From Octopus vulgaris (Eukaryota): a DNA stretch of 64,000 bases. The position numbers were made by a program, and so were the translations under genes. The notes under the pieces are model-generated. The model saw nothing but the letters and a program-made list of their open reading frames with translations. It ran no database searches and was not told the origin of the DNA. Shown here one piece after another: positions 14,071 to 27,174 of this stretch; position 1 is the first letter of the stretch; every line of letters begins with the position of its first letter. Location: positions 62,930,001 through 62,994,000 of the forward strand of contig OX597824.1 of NCBI GenBank assembly GCA_951406725.2, given 5' to 3'.

Positions 14071-15963
14071 TCTCTGCTGCTTGTACCAGTGGAAGACTGA
14101 GGGTATTCGATTTTCTTGTTTTTCTCACTCGCTTGCATTTTTCTATGTATGCTGCGGAACCAAGAGACGACAATCACAAGGTGAGGTAACAGTAATTCGT
14201 TGAACACTTCTCCGTGGAAATAAAACGAATATATAAAACCTTAATTCTTTCAAATAATATTTTAGTAGATGGCAAGTACACTATATCTTGAGTTATAATT
14301 CGAGAAGTATCTCACACATTAGTGCGAATGTTGCACAAGCCAAGCTGACAATATATTAAAACAGACGTATCCTCAAAACTCCATATTCAGTTAAATCACA
14401 CCCAAATGAAATGTACAGAATACGGATATATCGATCGTTTTCAATTGATTAATTTTCCCCAGCTGGACGACTGCTGCAGAGTATTTCCAGTTATATACCC
14501 AATCGTTGTGCTGTTGAAATCAATGGAAGCCAAAAGGTTAAAAATGCAATTTAGCACATCTTGATTCTTCGGTAAAAATCAAATCAAACTTTGATTTGAC
14601 ATTTTATGATGGAATTGAAATAGAGACATAATAACCTTATTAAAATACGATGTGACATTTAACAATGTTATGTTCAAATGGATACTCTTTAACTAAGAAC
14701 ACACTTGTTTTACAAGACAGATTAAGATATTTTTAGATAGTCCTCCTCTGCTTCTACTCTGTTATCGATGCGTAGCTGACAAATTCTAATTTGGGGAAAA
14801 CGAAGAGACACTCAATTGAGATTTGAACTCATAACTTTTAATCTATTATTAATTTTGGCGAATATTTCGGCTCTTCTGTTTCTTTTACTCCATAGTTCCT
14901 TGTTTGCAATGTTTCGTTTTCAGCTACATATCAGACTTTACTAATCATATTTATGCCTATTGACTATATTATATTTTGGACTACTTTACACCACATGTTA
15001 TTCAATTTTCCTTACGATGGCAGGATGATTTGAGGGAGAATGTGCTGTTACATTCTAGTAATACGAGTAACCACTTAGAGTCGCCGATATCGGGACGTTT
15101 TATATTTGCCTTCAATTCATCGGCTCCTTATGAAGCTTCTGGTGGTAAAAAACCTATATGCAGTATTGTGGCAAGCACTGCCTCAATTCCTACTGTCTGT
15201 ACATGGTTTCTTTTCGAGTAATAAGTTTGAAACTGTGATGCATTTGTATATCTACATTACAGCTACATTATATATTCTATAATGACTTTCTCTATAATTG
15301 ATTGAGTCATTTCAGAAGGATAATTGGCAACGATTATTTCCGATTTACGCTAACAACAACCCCAACATGACTTAGATTAAAATCCTGACACGAAAACCAT
15401 GTACTTTTCCTTTAGCATATGCTCATTAGTTAAATATTCTAATCAAGCAAATTTCGTAATGAGACAATATTTGATAGAGACACATCCCTTTAGCCCCTTA
15501 ATCACTCGTCTTGAAATTTCTCTACTGGAATTACGGATATTACACCATATATTTCTATTCGTTAAATATCAAATATTTTCAAAGCAGGCTATTTGAATTC
15601 CAAGCAAAATCGCAAAATGGAGTGAGTTGCAAACATAATTACCGTGATCCGTTATGTTAAATAGTCGTTCTTCACATGAATAGAGCAGATGGCATCGTTT
15701 CCCTCATTTGTTCAATGTAAATGATATTTTGTTCCAGGCAATCTGCAAATATTTCCTTTGCTATTCCAGTCTAATGGATAAACATTTCCTTTCACTATCG
15801 TAGTATTCAAAAATATTACTCTTTTGAATATATTGTTTATTGGATGAACTCATACAGGTGTCTCATTCACTTTCGTCACTTATACGAATATATATATTGC
15901 ATTTAATTTTAGTACGAACATTTCTTCATAATTTGAATGTTTAACACTGAAATACACTACAAA

Positions 15964-16000
<37 letters not shown>

Positions 16001-16040
16001 CATATATGTATGTATCTATGCATGTATTTATGTGCTTGTA

Positions 16041-16111
<71 letters not shown>

Positions 16112-16730
16112 TTATTTATATATATATATATATAAATATACATATAAACGGACGATAAGAAATGGCATCATGATATGTTCAAGTAAGAGACACCTCCTGA
16201 TATACATGGGAATACAAATCATACAGTTCACAACGTTATGGATGCGTATACAATATATATGTCCGTCTGAACATATATGTGAGCATAATTGAGCAAGCAA
16301 GGTGGAGAAATAGTGCTCGAATAAACATACAGATTAAAATATAACGTTGTAACTGAATACTGTCATAAAATGTTACTGAGAATTTGATGTAATCGATCAC
16401 TAGATTTCTTTCTGATACGTTACATGGATCTCTAAGTTAAAGTCTGTGATAATTTCTGGTTCAATAAAACACACACAGGTACACATACACACACACGCAT
16501 GCACACACTCACATACATGCACACACAAACACACATACACACACTCACACACACACATATATATATATAAAGGATATGAGGGGCTTAATCCACTGGTGAT
16601 TTAAACGAATAGGTACACTGTGTAAGTGCTATAATTGGTCATCCATCCATTAGGTTCCAAGTTCACAGCTGAGGCTAGACCTAGGGATCCGGCGTAGGCT
16701 TCCGAGATATCAGGTATATATCAGAGGGTA

Positions 16731-17358
16731 AAGGACAACAAAAACCAAAGCAAGATGAGTATCTCAAATCATTTCGAATATTTAATTAGAATAAGTTAAA
16801 TTTGAGATAACTAATTAATTAATTAATTAATTAATGGATGTCTTACAGTTGTTTCTGGGATATCGCAAGTGATAGGTTAGCATCTCCATACAGCGGGTAT
16901 TCCGTCATTAGAGACAAATTGAGTTAGTATGAAATTTCTAGAAATGTAATTCACAGTTTATAAAGGAATAAAATAGTCGATAGAAGAATAGATTAAAACA
17001 GAAGATAGAAGAATACAAGCAAGAGAATAAAGTAGATAGAAGAATACAGACAGGAGCTGTGGAATTTTTTCTCCTGTCTATATTCTTCTATCTACTCTTT
17101 TGCAATTTATTTTTCTATCTACTAGACTATTCCTTTATAAACTGAATTCCCTGTCTAGAATTTTCATACGTATTCACCATATCTCCGTATATGGAAATGC
17201 TAACATATCAGTTGAGATATCCCAGAAACAGATGTAAGACGTCCAATAATTAATTGACAAATTTCTTAACTAATTAATTAATTAACTCAAATTCACCTTA
17301 CTCTAATTAAATATTCTAAATGACTTGAGATAGCCGTCCTTCCCAGATTCTTGTCCTT
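16731..17358. repeat. Diverged inverted repeat (~300-bp arms) carrying a hammerhead relic; PLE pseudo-LTR-like
   Basis: AAGGACAA..ACAGACAGGAG mirrored by CTCCTGTCT..TTGTCCTT; minus-strand fold 16840-16915: GTCT CTAATGA..GAAAC AACT GTA AGAC. Confidence 0.8.
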
Positions 17359-17377
17359 TTTTCTCATATATATATGC

Positions 17378-17932
17378 TTTCGAACATTTCATGAGGCACA
17401 CATTTTCCAAGTTTAGGAACTTTTTCAAGTTTTTGAAGATGACAATGAACAATTGTATGGTTTGAACTAAGCTTTATTACCAATTTTGTAACTGATCACG
17501 CAGGATTTTCTTCAAGTAATGCCTCAAGGAGCTTATCATGAAACTCAACTGGACGTCCTGTTCGATTTTCATCTTCAAGGCAGAAATCTCCGCTTCTGAA
17601 TTTTGCAAACCATCTTCTGCAAGTTCTTTCATCCAAGTATTTTTTCCCATAAACTGAGTGATTATTTAGAGTCGCTTTGACTGCAGAGTTTCCCTTTTTG
17701 TACTCATAAAGCATTATGTGCCTCAAATGCTCTTTGGATACTTCCATGTTAGAAAGGGTTTTAATGAAAGACATTTCAATTCTATTATTCTGTAAAATAA
17801 TATTTAATTACTTTAAATGTACACAAACGCATAACAATCATTTTAAATTCCATTAGACATCCTAAAATAGTATTAAATTTTATTCAATTTTAAAAAGGTA
17901 AAATCGGACAGAACTTACGGGATGACCTAATA
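17378..17932 (-). mobile_element. Mariner transposon 5' fragment with TIR
   Basis: ORF 17496-17774 HLRHIMLYEYKKG..VYG..RRWFAKFRSGDFCLED..RTGRP; end TATTAGGTCATCCCGTAAGTTCTGTCCG on the minus strand. Confidence 0.92.
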
Positions 17933-18550
17933 TATAGGGTAGAAAAATTAGAAAAATTTTCTACCAGTGGCCAGCATGCATAAAATAGTCAATAGACAAC
18001 ATAGTTTTCATACGAAGTTAGTGTACATTTATACATAAAAGAGGTGATCCTCACAGGACCACTTACGTGCTAAAAGGAACAATCAAAGCCCAAACCACAA
18101 TTATGATACAAATAGACAGTACATGTCTCATGCTTGTACATTATAGTTTTTCCCATTTTTCTACCCTATATATATTTTCTCAATATGATTTCAGTCATTT
18201 TGAAGAAAGTTGGCACACATTTTTTATTTCCTGCCGTCTATAATTGCACCTGCGCGGTGGATTTCAGAAATTATAATGTATAAGGATGAGACATGTGTTG
18301 TCTATTTGTCTCATAATTATACGGTAATTGTAGCGCTTTTGCTGATGAAGAACACGGATAGCAAATTATTTTATTTGTCCATTAATGTTTGAAACCTGAG
18401 TACAAGGGGTAACTATTGAAAATGCTTTTATTTTTCATCCTTTTCGAAATTACTCTTAACCATGATTTGGGCTTTGACTGCTCCTCTTAACATGTAAGGT
18501 GACCTGTTAGGATCACCTCTTTTGTGTTTAAATGTACACTAACTTTATAT
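17932..18550. repeat. Nested inverted-repeat element containing a hammerhead
   Basis: ~18015-18105 is mirrored at ~18460-18548, and 17932-17958 at ~18146-18172. Confidence 0.7.
18336..18408 (+). ncRNA. Type I hammerhead ribozyme motif, canonical core
   Basis: CTTTTG CTGATGA A GAACA..GGATA..TGTCC..TGTTT GAAA C CTGA G TA CAAGGG; stem I has 6 bp with GU pairs; predicted cut after 18402. Confidence 0.7.
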
Positions 18551-19162
18551 ATATATAAAGAGAGAGAGAGAGAGAGAGAGGAGCTAGATAGATAAGACAA
18601 TTACAATGCATACGGAGAATGGAACATTTGCATGTTTTTTATTCTAATTTTTATTTTGACAGCTTTAATTATACAGCATAATTGGTTTAGATATAAGACA
18701 TATCTAAAGCAATTATGCTGTATAATCTGCTGTATCAGTAATGCTGTATAATTAACTATATCAGTCTCTATATTCATTTTAAATGTCTTGAATTTATACT
18801 CATGAAAATGCACATATTCCAGAGAATCGAACCTAGGTTTCCTCGTGGGATTTACAGTGGGATTGTTCACCCTAAGTAGTCCTAGATGATCCTCACTACT
18901 CGATGCGATGAGCCTGAACTCGACTTATCATTGAGTGTTCATACGGTACTAGCCTCGATAATTTCATCCGTATTTACTCATCGTATATATATATATATAT
19001 ATATATACATTCTTTTATTCTTCAGATTAATCAGCCGAAATTGCGAGGATGATCCGGTTCTTGACTGAAGATTGAAGGCTTCGAATGTCCCGTCCCTGTT
19101 TTTTGTAGTGTCTTCTAAATGTTTTACGTTCTTGTCCCAGTTTGTATTTTTCTATATATAAT

Positions 19163-19197
<35 letters not shown>

Positions 19198-19309
19198 GTA
19201 TGCATGCATATATGTATATATATATATTTATGCGTATGAATGCCTGTGCGTACGTGTGTGTGTGTGTTTGTGGGTGTGCGCGTGTGTGTGTGTGTATAAC
19301 TACATTTTG

Positions 19310-20510
19310 AAGTAGCTGCTCGACTATTCAGATATCTATGCGACTTGGGAATGACCTTTCATAAGGTGGTTCAGGGCATCTGTCAAAAGATGCGAATCAT
19401 TGTAATGGTTGAGAGGCTGCATGACTTTCTAAAATAACGAAATCAAATATTTCTAGCCAAGTGTATTCTTTCTAAGGAAACAAATTCTGAGCGGTGTCCC
19501 AAGGGAACTGTATTGGGGCTATTATTGTTTATAGTATCTCTCTTAGACATGCTGATGTTTATTCAGACAATCAATGTTAGCAGTTTCGCCGATGATACAA
19601 AATAATTAAAGGCATTATGAAAACTGATGAATTCGCAAAATTACAGCGGGACTGTGAAATGTACAAGAGCCTGAGGAAAACGATTTGCAGTTTAACGTTG
19701 GAAGATGTCAAGTACTGTGCTATCAATTCTCAAATACACTGCATGAATATAAACCTAAAACACAGCAATCCCTGAATAACAGACAGTGAGAGATTTTGGG
19801 ATCAATATGCTTAATGATACATCATTTCATTTACATATTAACCAAGATGAGACCAAAGTGTAGATGATTACCAGGGTGGATGCTATTGCCCTTCAGGACA
19901 AGAAACCAAGAAATTATGTTGACTATGTGAAAGTCATTTGTTCTCGGTAGGTTGGAATATTGATTTCAGCTATGGTAACCACATAGTGCTAAACTAAATG
20001 TTGATCGTGAAGCAATCCAACTTTATTACACTGAAGATACTGTAAGAGTGTAGCTGATGAAATACAGAGAGATATTGAAAAACTAGTTTACTCCGTGAAG
20101 CGAAACCCGAGAGATTTGTTACAATTTACGAATGGAAAATTCTCGAATCATTGGTACCCAATTTCGGCATTATGCAAATTCTCAAAGTAGACGCCATTGC
20201 GTTGTATCAAAAGGTACCGCCCACCCAATCTAAAGTCAGAACCAGATTCTTCAATAGCCTATAGTTTAAAGGACCACAGCTCTTCAACGCTATGCCAAAT
20301 TTAAGGAACCGAGACAACGCTGTTGTGGATGTTTTATTAAATGAACTCGTTACACTCTTGTCAAAGATACTAGACGAATCAATATTCCGGCATAAATACA
20401 GATGAGTACAAACTGCGTCATACACCAACAGAAACCAGCCAAAGAACGAAGAAGTGGGAAAAGGTACAAAATCACGGCAGTGTTCCAATATGACTGAAAG
20501 GAATAAAAGA
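19310..20510 (+). mobile_element. Highly decayed CR1-clade LINE 3' portion
   Basis: PKGTVLGLLLFIV, VSSFADDTK (~19500-19600), FKGPQLFNAMP (~20265), CR1-like 3' tail at ~20475-20510. Confidence 0.8.
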
Positions 20511-20554
20511 AATAACGGAAATGAACCGTTTATATACATATATATATATATTAC

Positions 20555-20790
20555 GGAGATGTACTCGCATAGCAAGTAATTTATATATATATAGGAGATG
20601 TACTCGCATAGCAAGTAATTTGATCTGAGATCGTGTGCTGAAACGAAAACAATTGCAGCGTGGAAGGTGTTTATAAGCCATTTAAGAAACACACAAAAGC
20701 CGTTCGATTCACTTCAACATTTAAGTTTAATTTGTCAAAATATTTTCGTCGCTAAAATCCGCGACCTGTTCACTGACAAAGTCCGTGCTG
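20555..20790 (-). mobile_element. Short non-coding repeat between (TA)n tracts carrying a variant hammerhead
   Basis: Bounded by TA runs; the 28-bp terminal segment is duplicated (20555-20582, 20594-20621). Confidence 0.6.
20731..20780 (-). ncRNA. Minimal type I hammerhead-like motif with G3:C8 core swap
   Basis: Minus strand TTTGTCA GTGAACA G GTCGC GGATTTTA GCGAC GAAA ATAT T T TGACAAA: perfect 7-bp stem I, perfect 5-bp stem II, palindromic stem III loop. Confidence 0.75.
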
Positions 20791-21061
20791 GTTTATATAT
20801 ATATATATACAGAAAGAGAGAGAGAGAGAGATACAAATATATAAAGGACATTATTACTCTTGAGAGAAAACAATATTAGTAGCCGAAGCTTAAAACAGTA
20901 CAGTCAAAATTGATAGATGTATACAAGAATTATATATAAGAAAGGCACTAAGGACCACCAGCTTTGCTAAAAATATGAGTGTAAAAATCTAGTGTTCATT
21001 CTTGTGGCTTTGGAATATTTTTACTCCCAATTTTAGCAAAGCTGGTGCTTCTTAGTTACCT

Positions 21062-21161
<100 letters not shown>

Positions 21162-21174
21162 TTTTTGCCTATAT

Positions 21175-21544
21175 ATTGTTGGCACTCCGTCGTCACGAAG
21201 ACGAGGGTTGCAGTTGATCCGAGCAACGGAACAGTCTACTCGTGAAATTAACGTGCAAGTGGCTGAGCACTCCACAGACACGTAGTTCTCGGGGAGATTC
21301 AGCGTGACACAGAGTGTGACAAGGCTGGCACCTTGGCTTACAAGTACAACAGATAGAGAAAGGAAGAGTGAGAGAAACTTGTGGTGAAAGAGTATAGCAA
21401 GGTTCGCCGCCATCCCCTGCCGACGCCTTGTGGAACTTTAGCTGATTTTGCTCAATAAACACTCACAACGCCCGGTCTGGGAATCGTAACCACGATCCTA
21501 CGACCGCGAGTCTGATGCCGTAATCACTGGGCCTTTGCGCCTCC
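21175..21544 (-). mobile_element. Full-length tRNA-derived SINE (second family)
   Basis: Minus strand starts GGAGGCGCAAAGGCCCAGTGATTA (A-box-like) ..GGTTACGATTCCC (B-box-like) and ends GACGGAGTGCCAACAA. Confidence 0.85.
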
Positions 21545-21665
21545 TATTTGCCTATATATGCATGATCCGGTTCTTGACTGATGATTGAAGGCTTCGAATG
21601 TCCCGTCCGTGTTTTTTGTATCGTCTTTTAATGTTTTGCGTTCTTGTCCCAGTTTGTATTTTTTT

Positions 21666-21753
<88 letters not shown>

Positions 21754-23474
21754 GTATTTGTTTTTGTGTATCAAGTAACAAGTGGAATGTTATTTGAATT
21801 TTAACGGTAAAATTTATTCAGAAAATTTTAGTTCTATTATCAGAAGATAACTTAATATAGGCTCTAATTATACCCGAATGCTGTTCGAGTATTCTTCTAA
21901 ATGAACTTAACAGTTATGGAGATACATAAATCGGAAGTTCTTGCTGCTATTCATGAACGTAGGCTGTAGCAAATCCACATTCATTACTGTTTTGAATATA
22001 AAATTTTGCCTTAATATTTACATTGAATACACATATTCACCAACTTCCCTCATGTTCAGTGTACTAAAATATATGTAGATCTATGTAGATATGATTTATA
22101 GGGTTAGGATATACGTACGAAGATGTATCAGATGTTTTATAATCTCTACCACGGGAAGGAGTCTATCCTGACCAATGAATACGACGTTAGCGTAACAATA
22201 TTTCCATTTACTAAGGATGTATCAATTTTTCTTTCTTTTTTTTTTGCTGCGTAATGTTTATAATGCCAACTACACCATAGAATGCAATTTGAAGTTTAAA
22301 ATTTCGATTCAAAAATTTATTCATTAATTTATAAGTTCAGTAATGCCAATGAAACTAATTTTAAAATACTGTTTCATTGTAGCTGTTATTTTATTTCAGT
22401 AGATTCTTTTTTATATACTTACAGCGGAAGATGTATTATTTCCAAGTCTCTCGTTAACATTCAACTGCCACATATTATCATCTCTATAACTGTTCTAACC
22501 TAAGCTTAGGACTACCAATTTCGGGGAAGACAATTTAGTTGATGTCCCTCATTCAAAAGATACTATATTTTATCGCCCCACCCCACACTAAACAAAAATG
22601 CAAGAGCATAGTTAACTTCAGCGATATTTGAATTAAGAAAGTAAAGGACAAAAATTACCACAAAGAATTAAATTACTACGCTCTAAATATTCTGCCAAAA
22701 GCAATCCTAAGATAACCGTCTCTGTTTTAGTTGTAATCTGTGTATCTGATTCTTTCGAAGAATTTCCCAAAAGATGTTTCGTCAAGTGTATGTGATATGA
22801 TCAAACTGTTTGCAGGAACATATCTATTTGGAAAGTTTGGAAAAATGATATCACATAAATTAAGTTAGTCTAGCGAGCTTACGTCGACTGCTGAATTCAA
22901 TGTTAGCCTTGTGAAACTTTGCCCTGCAATGAATAATCTTACCTACCTATCTCTATATCTATTTCGTCTTTCACAGTTTTGCTTTTTCGCTTTTTTGCTT
23001 TCACACTTTCCTTCTTTCTTTTCTTTTTCACTATATATATATATGTATGTATAATGTATTGATCCGTGGTATAATTCAACAGAGAGCATTCCATCTGGCG
23101 ATAGTCAAATATTATTGCTTAAGTACTTAGCATAATTTAGTATTCCTTAGGTTTATTTTGTATCCTTTATATTTTTTATCGTATAAATCTTCATAAATTT
23201 TCAGATTACCGATAATTCTTATATTTATACCGCTACATTTTTACCTTATATTTTATACAATTTTTTTTTGTATACATTTTTACTCTCCTTACACAATTTA
23301 CATTTAATTTACATTTAATTTCGTACATTATTTATATTTACATCAGGTTTCCTAGATTCGTTTGTCGGTTATAAGCTAGGATTTTCTATATGCTACTATT
23401 TTTTCACGTTTCTTCGCATTTTCTCACGTTCCACGCCATATTTAAAGTTCTTAGTTCAGCACGAAAAGTGGTCT

Positions 23475-23526
23475 GCGCCTGAAGAACGTGTTTAAATTTT
23501 CAGACACATGAAACTATAAGTAGCGC
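23475..23526 (+). ncRNA. Minimal type I hammerhead motif, canonical core
   Basis: GCGC CTGAAGA ACGTGTTT AAATTTTC AGACACAT GAAA C TATAA G TA GCGC; lies in a pLTR-like AT-rich block (~23050-23760) between TA tracts. Confidence 0.7.
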
Positions 23527-23765
23527 CCGAAGACATGTATTGTGAGCCTTAATCAACTATATATAATCGAGGTATTAAGTTTCGTGGCTCGCTACCTCAA
23601 AAAGTGCTTTATAGGATCCAGTGGCTAAGAATAACATCAAGAGGAAATACGTCTGTTTTCGGCCCCTAATTCTCTACTGTTTTCGACGTGGCAAGGTCTT
23701 CCCATTCGGAATTATCTTCAGCACTGGTGTTGAGTGCGTTTTTTCCTCCATTTCCTTTTATGTAT

Positions 23766-23809
<44 letters not shown>

Positions 23810-24049
23810 TTATTATACAAGATTAACAAATATTTTATCCATGTTTATATATCTCTGTCTTTTGTGAAAAACTATCAAGTAAGTTATGAGGAAATAAAAA
23901 ATAATCTTCCAAACTGCAAGTCAAAATTTAAAGGTCATTTAGAAATATAATAATAAATGGAACAAGAACAAAAAGAAACCCTTACTATTAATATTTTGGG
24001 AACATACCTTTATCAATGACATCCTGACATTTATTCAATATTTAAGTGA

Positions 24050-24193
24050 TGTACATTATTTACATTCGACGGATATTTGTCCTCATCTTGTTTATTGTTA
24101 CCACAACGTTTCGGCTGATGCGCCCTCATTCTTCATCAGGGGTCTTGGGGAAATTTCGAACCTGGGCTCCCAGACCTAAGTTATTTTTCGATG

Positions 24194-24252
<59 letters not shown>

Positions 24253-24253
24253 A

Positions 24254-24328
<75 letters not shown>

Positions 24329-24399
24329 TCATTGCATGAAATCGAACTCGAAATCTTGGGGTTAGTAGCCCGCGCTCTTAACCACTACGCCATATGACC
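24050..24399 (-). mobile_element. Composite SINE-like element: tRNA head, (AAT)n linker, hammerhead tail
   Basis: Head 24327-24399 has A box TGGCGTAGTGG, loop CTACTAA and B box GAGTTCGATTTC; hammerhead relic 24101-24143 CTGATGA..CAGCC GAAA CG TT. Confidence 0.75.
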
Positions 24400-24944
24400 A
24401 CTGTTTTTCTGTGCAAACGACATGTTCATGAGTGAAAAGGAGACGGGCCTTTTGATTCTTCTTGGAGATCAGAGATTTCTTTGCCGGTGCCCAAGAAAGC
24501 AGCCCAGAACATCGTAAAATCCGAGAAACTGTTCTACGCAATATGTTGACATCGGAAGTGGAGCTAAACTCAGCAGCACTCTTAAACCTATCTTTCAGTC
24601 ATATTCTAACCATAATACGATCTTGTCTTGGTGAGGTTTTACGAGGTCTACGGATTTTGGGTTTAGCATCTGTCGATCCTGATGACGTAAAACGAGATAC
24701 AAATCGATGCACAACATTTCTAGACCTTCCTACATTAGCTGGTATCACAGAATTTGTCTTGCCCTCTTGGTGAAGGTACACAATCCTTTGAGAGCCGAAT
24801 GTTTCAGTAATGCAAGATCATAAGAAATGTTAGCCCGTTAACAGTTTTCTAAAGAACAAATTTCTAGTCTCAATGTGTTGTTAATCTTCTATAATAACTA
24901 ATACGCCTGTTTTTACTGGACCATATATTATGGGCGCTACTGTA
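24398..24944 (-). mobile_element. Tc1-family transposon 5' fragment
   Basis: VYLHQEGK..RRPRKTSPRQDRIMVR..RRTVSRIL..KKSLISKKNQKARLLF; end TACAGTAGCGCCCATAATATATGG on the minus strand. Confidence 0.88.
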
Positions 24945-25042
24945 GAAATATATTTGTGTGTATGTGTGTGTGCGCGCGCGTGTGTGTATGTATTATGCAT
25001 TTTGTGCCTATACATTCCGACACATCCGCTGCGCACGCACAT

Positions 25043-25082
<40 letters not shown>

Positions 25083-25526
25083 ATATATATAATATTATAT
25101 ATGAGATTTAGAGATTTAGCAGATGATTTTATTTGACTAATGAGCTTTATGCTAAGAGGCAAGCATATGATTCTCGTATCAGGATTCAAATCTTAGTCAC
25201 ATGTGGTCTGCTCTTATATTGAGTAAATCGGTGATAATTGCTATTATGAAAGAAATCAAACAACGGGGGACAAATTCTCTAGAGATGATGTAAAGTCCCT
25301 GTGACGTACCCATAGAACTGAATCACAATATGAAATTATATACAGATTTACGAGTTGAGAAGCCTATAATTGATAGCACAAAGTACTAAAAATAGTTGCA
25401 TATTCTTCACCAAATCGCAACCTATCATCTTAAAAGAGTTACCGACTTGTTTTATAATCCTGTTCTTCATAGACCTATACGTTCATAATGTATGTATGCA
25501 TAAATACCTATATATACACGTAGGTG

Positions 25527-25664
<138 letters not shown>

Positions 25665-27174
25665 AAAGCAGAACGATCGCAAGCCAATGATAAACTCATT
25701 TACTAATCGATTAAATGTTACAAATGCTTTGTTATCAGTCTATTATTGCTCCGTTTTCGATGATCACATAATCTAAAATCAATATAGTTGCAATAGTTAA
25801 TTGTATTTTAGTTTCAATCGACACCAACTTCGATAGCAACTTTTTTTTTTTTTGGCAATTACTTTCCTATTTATTTATTAGAAAATTGTATGTCTTTGTG
25901 TATACACGCGTGTGAGTAACATATATATGATACACTACAATAATCCTCATGATTACCATCATTGCTATTAGCACTATTTTCAGCGATCTTATCACAAGAA
26001 ATCTATTATTCACAGACGTGATTTTTATCAAAATTCGTAAGGGTCATCGGATTTATAGTTTTCGTTAGGATGTCCTACTTCATTGTTATATCTCACTTCC
26101 TTGTGTTCTTATACCTTTGTGCTCTTCTCTTTCCTCACTACCAAAATCGATAATATTATCGTCGTCTTTATGATCATGCTCATTATCAGTATCATTATTA
26201 TGTTTATGAGCAACAGCAGGTACGAGCATCATCACCATCATCATAATCCGAAGCCGTATTAGTAGCAGAGGCAACTTTGTCATCATGGAATGTAGCACCA
26301 GCCTCCCCGTCCAGATATGCAATTGTATTGGTTGTGCTTAGTTGTGTTTATTTTTCAACGTTGTGTGATGCAAGCCTTCCCATCTGGCTGGTTCTGATTT
26401 ACGATTGAATATTAAATATATGAAAAACGGAACTGAAATTAGGCGCACGCATAGAAAGGTATGCATATACATGCTCATAAACACACATATGCGCGCACAC
26501 ACACGAAGACAGACAGGCACATACAATCTGCTATTTACTATAATGAGGTATTAGAAGTCAATAATTTCAAAGATTTATTACATAAAATACACCACTAATA
26601 TTCATAAATGCAACAAGTTATGAAAAATATCGTTCAATTTTCCTCATTGTTTAAACGAATTCTCTATTTTTGCCAGAATATTCCGAATCCCAGTAAATAT
26701 TCCTTTCCTAATTGACCAAATGGATAACAGGAGCCGTTATTTAAAAACTATCAATAGCTACTGTCGCATAAAAACAAAACATCATTGATTCTATTGGCAC
26801 TAGTATCACTGTCCAACCACAGGAAACTCTTCCAGCCTATATACTGCAACAGTTATTTTCTACCCTTAACTTATTGTTTCTTTGTTTAAAACAATATCTT
26901 AACCAGCTAAAATATTCCATGAAAATGACAGTGGAACAAATAGATATGCTGAACTTACTAAAGATCCCTGAAAAAGAAATCTCACAACATATATAAGTAT
27001 TTTCGCTTTTACCTGTTCCAGTCATTAGACGGCGGCTATGATAGAGGCACCGTCTTGAAGAATTTTAGTCAACCGAATCGACTCCATTACGTATGTAGTT
27101 TTAGTTTTTAAGTCAGGTGCTTATACTATAGGCCATTTTGCCGAAATGCTATGTTACAGGCACATAAACACACC

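Noticed and set aside
14037-14186. 48-codon ATG frame ending at a good donor AAG|GTGAGG
   Set aside because: The ATG lies in an old SINE B-box relic, and there is no recognisable protein or partner exon.
14976-15850. Coding-looking minus-strand frame
   Set aside because: Stops are not clearly rarer than chance and no motif is recognised.
18820-18875. GTGAACA..GAAA CCTAGG TT on the minus strand, resembling a second G3:C8 hammerhead
   Set aside because: Stems I and II do not pair; GGTTCGATTC is better read as a B-box remnant.
23670-23730. Minus-strand CTGAAGA..GAAA..GTA
   Set aside because: No stem I, and stem II does not adjoin the core.
24327-24399. tRNA gene with ACT anticodon
   Set aside because: The T stem is disrupted, a diverged second copy lies at 29045, and both are linked to a repeat tail, so it is a SINE head.
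26086-26322. ORF like a signal peptide plus His/Asp-rich peptide
   Set aside because: Composition fits a decayed (GAT)/(GCT) microsatellite, and there is no other support.
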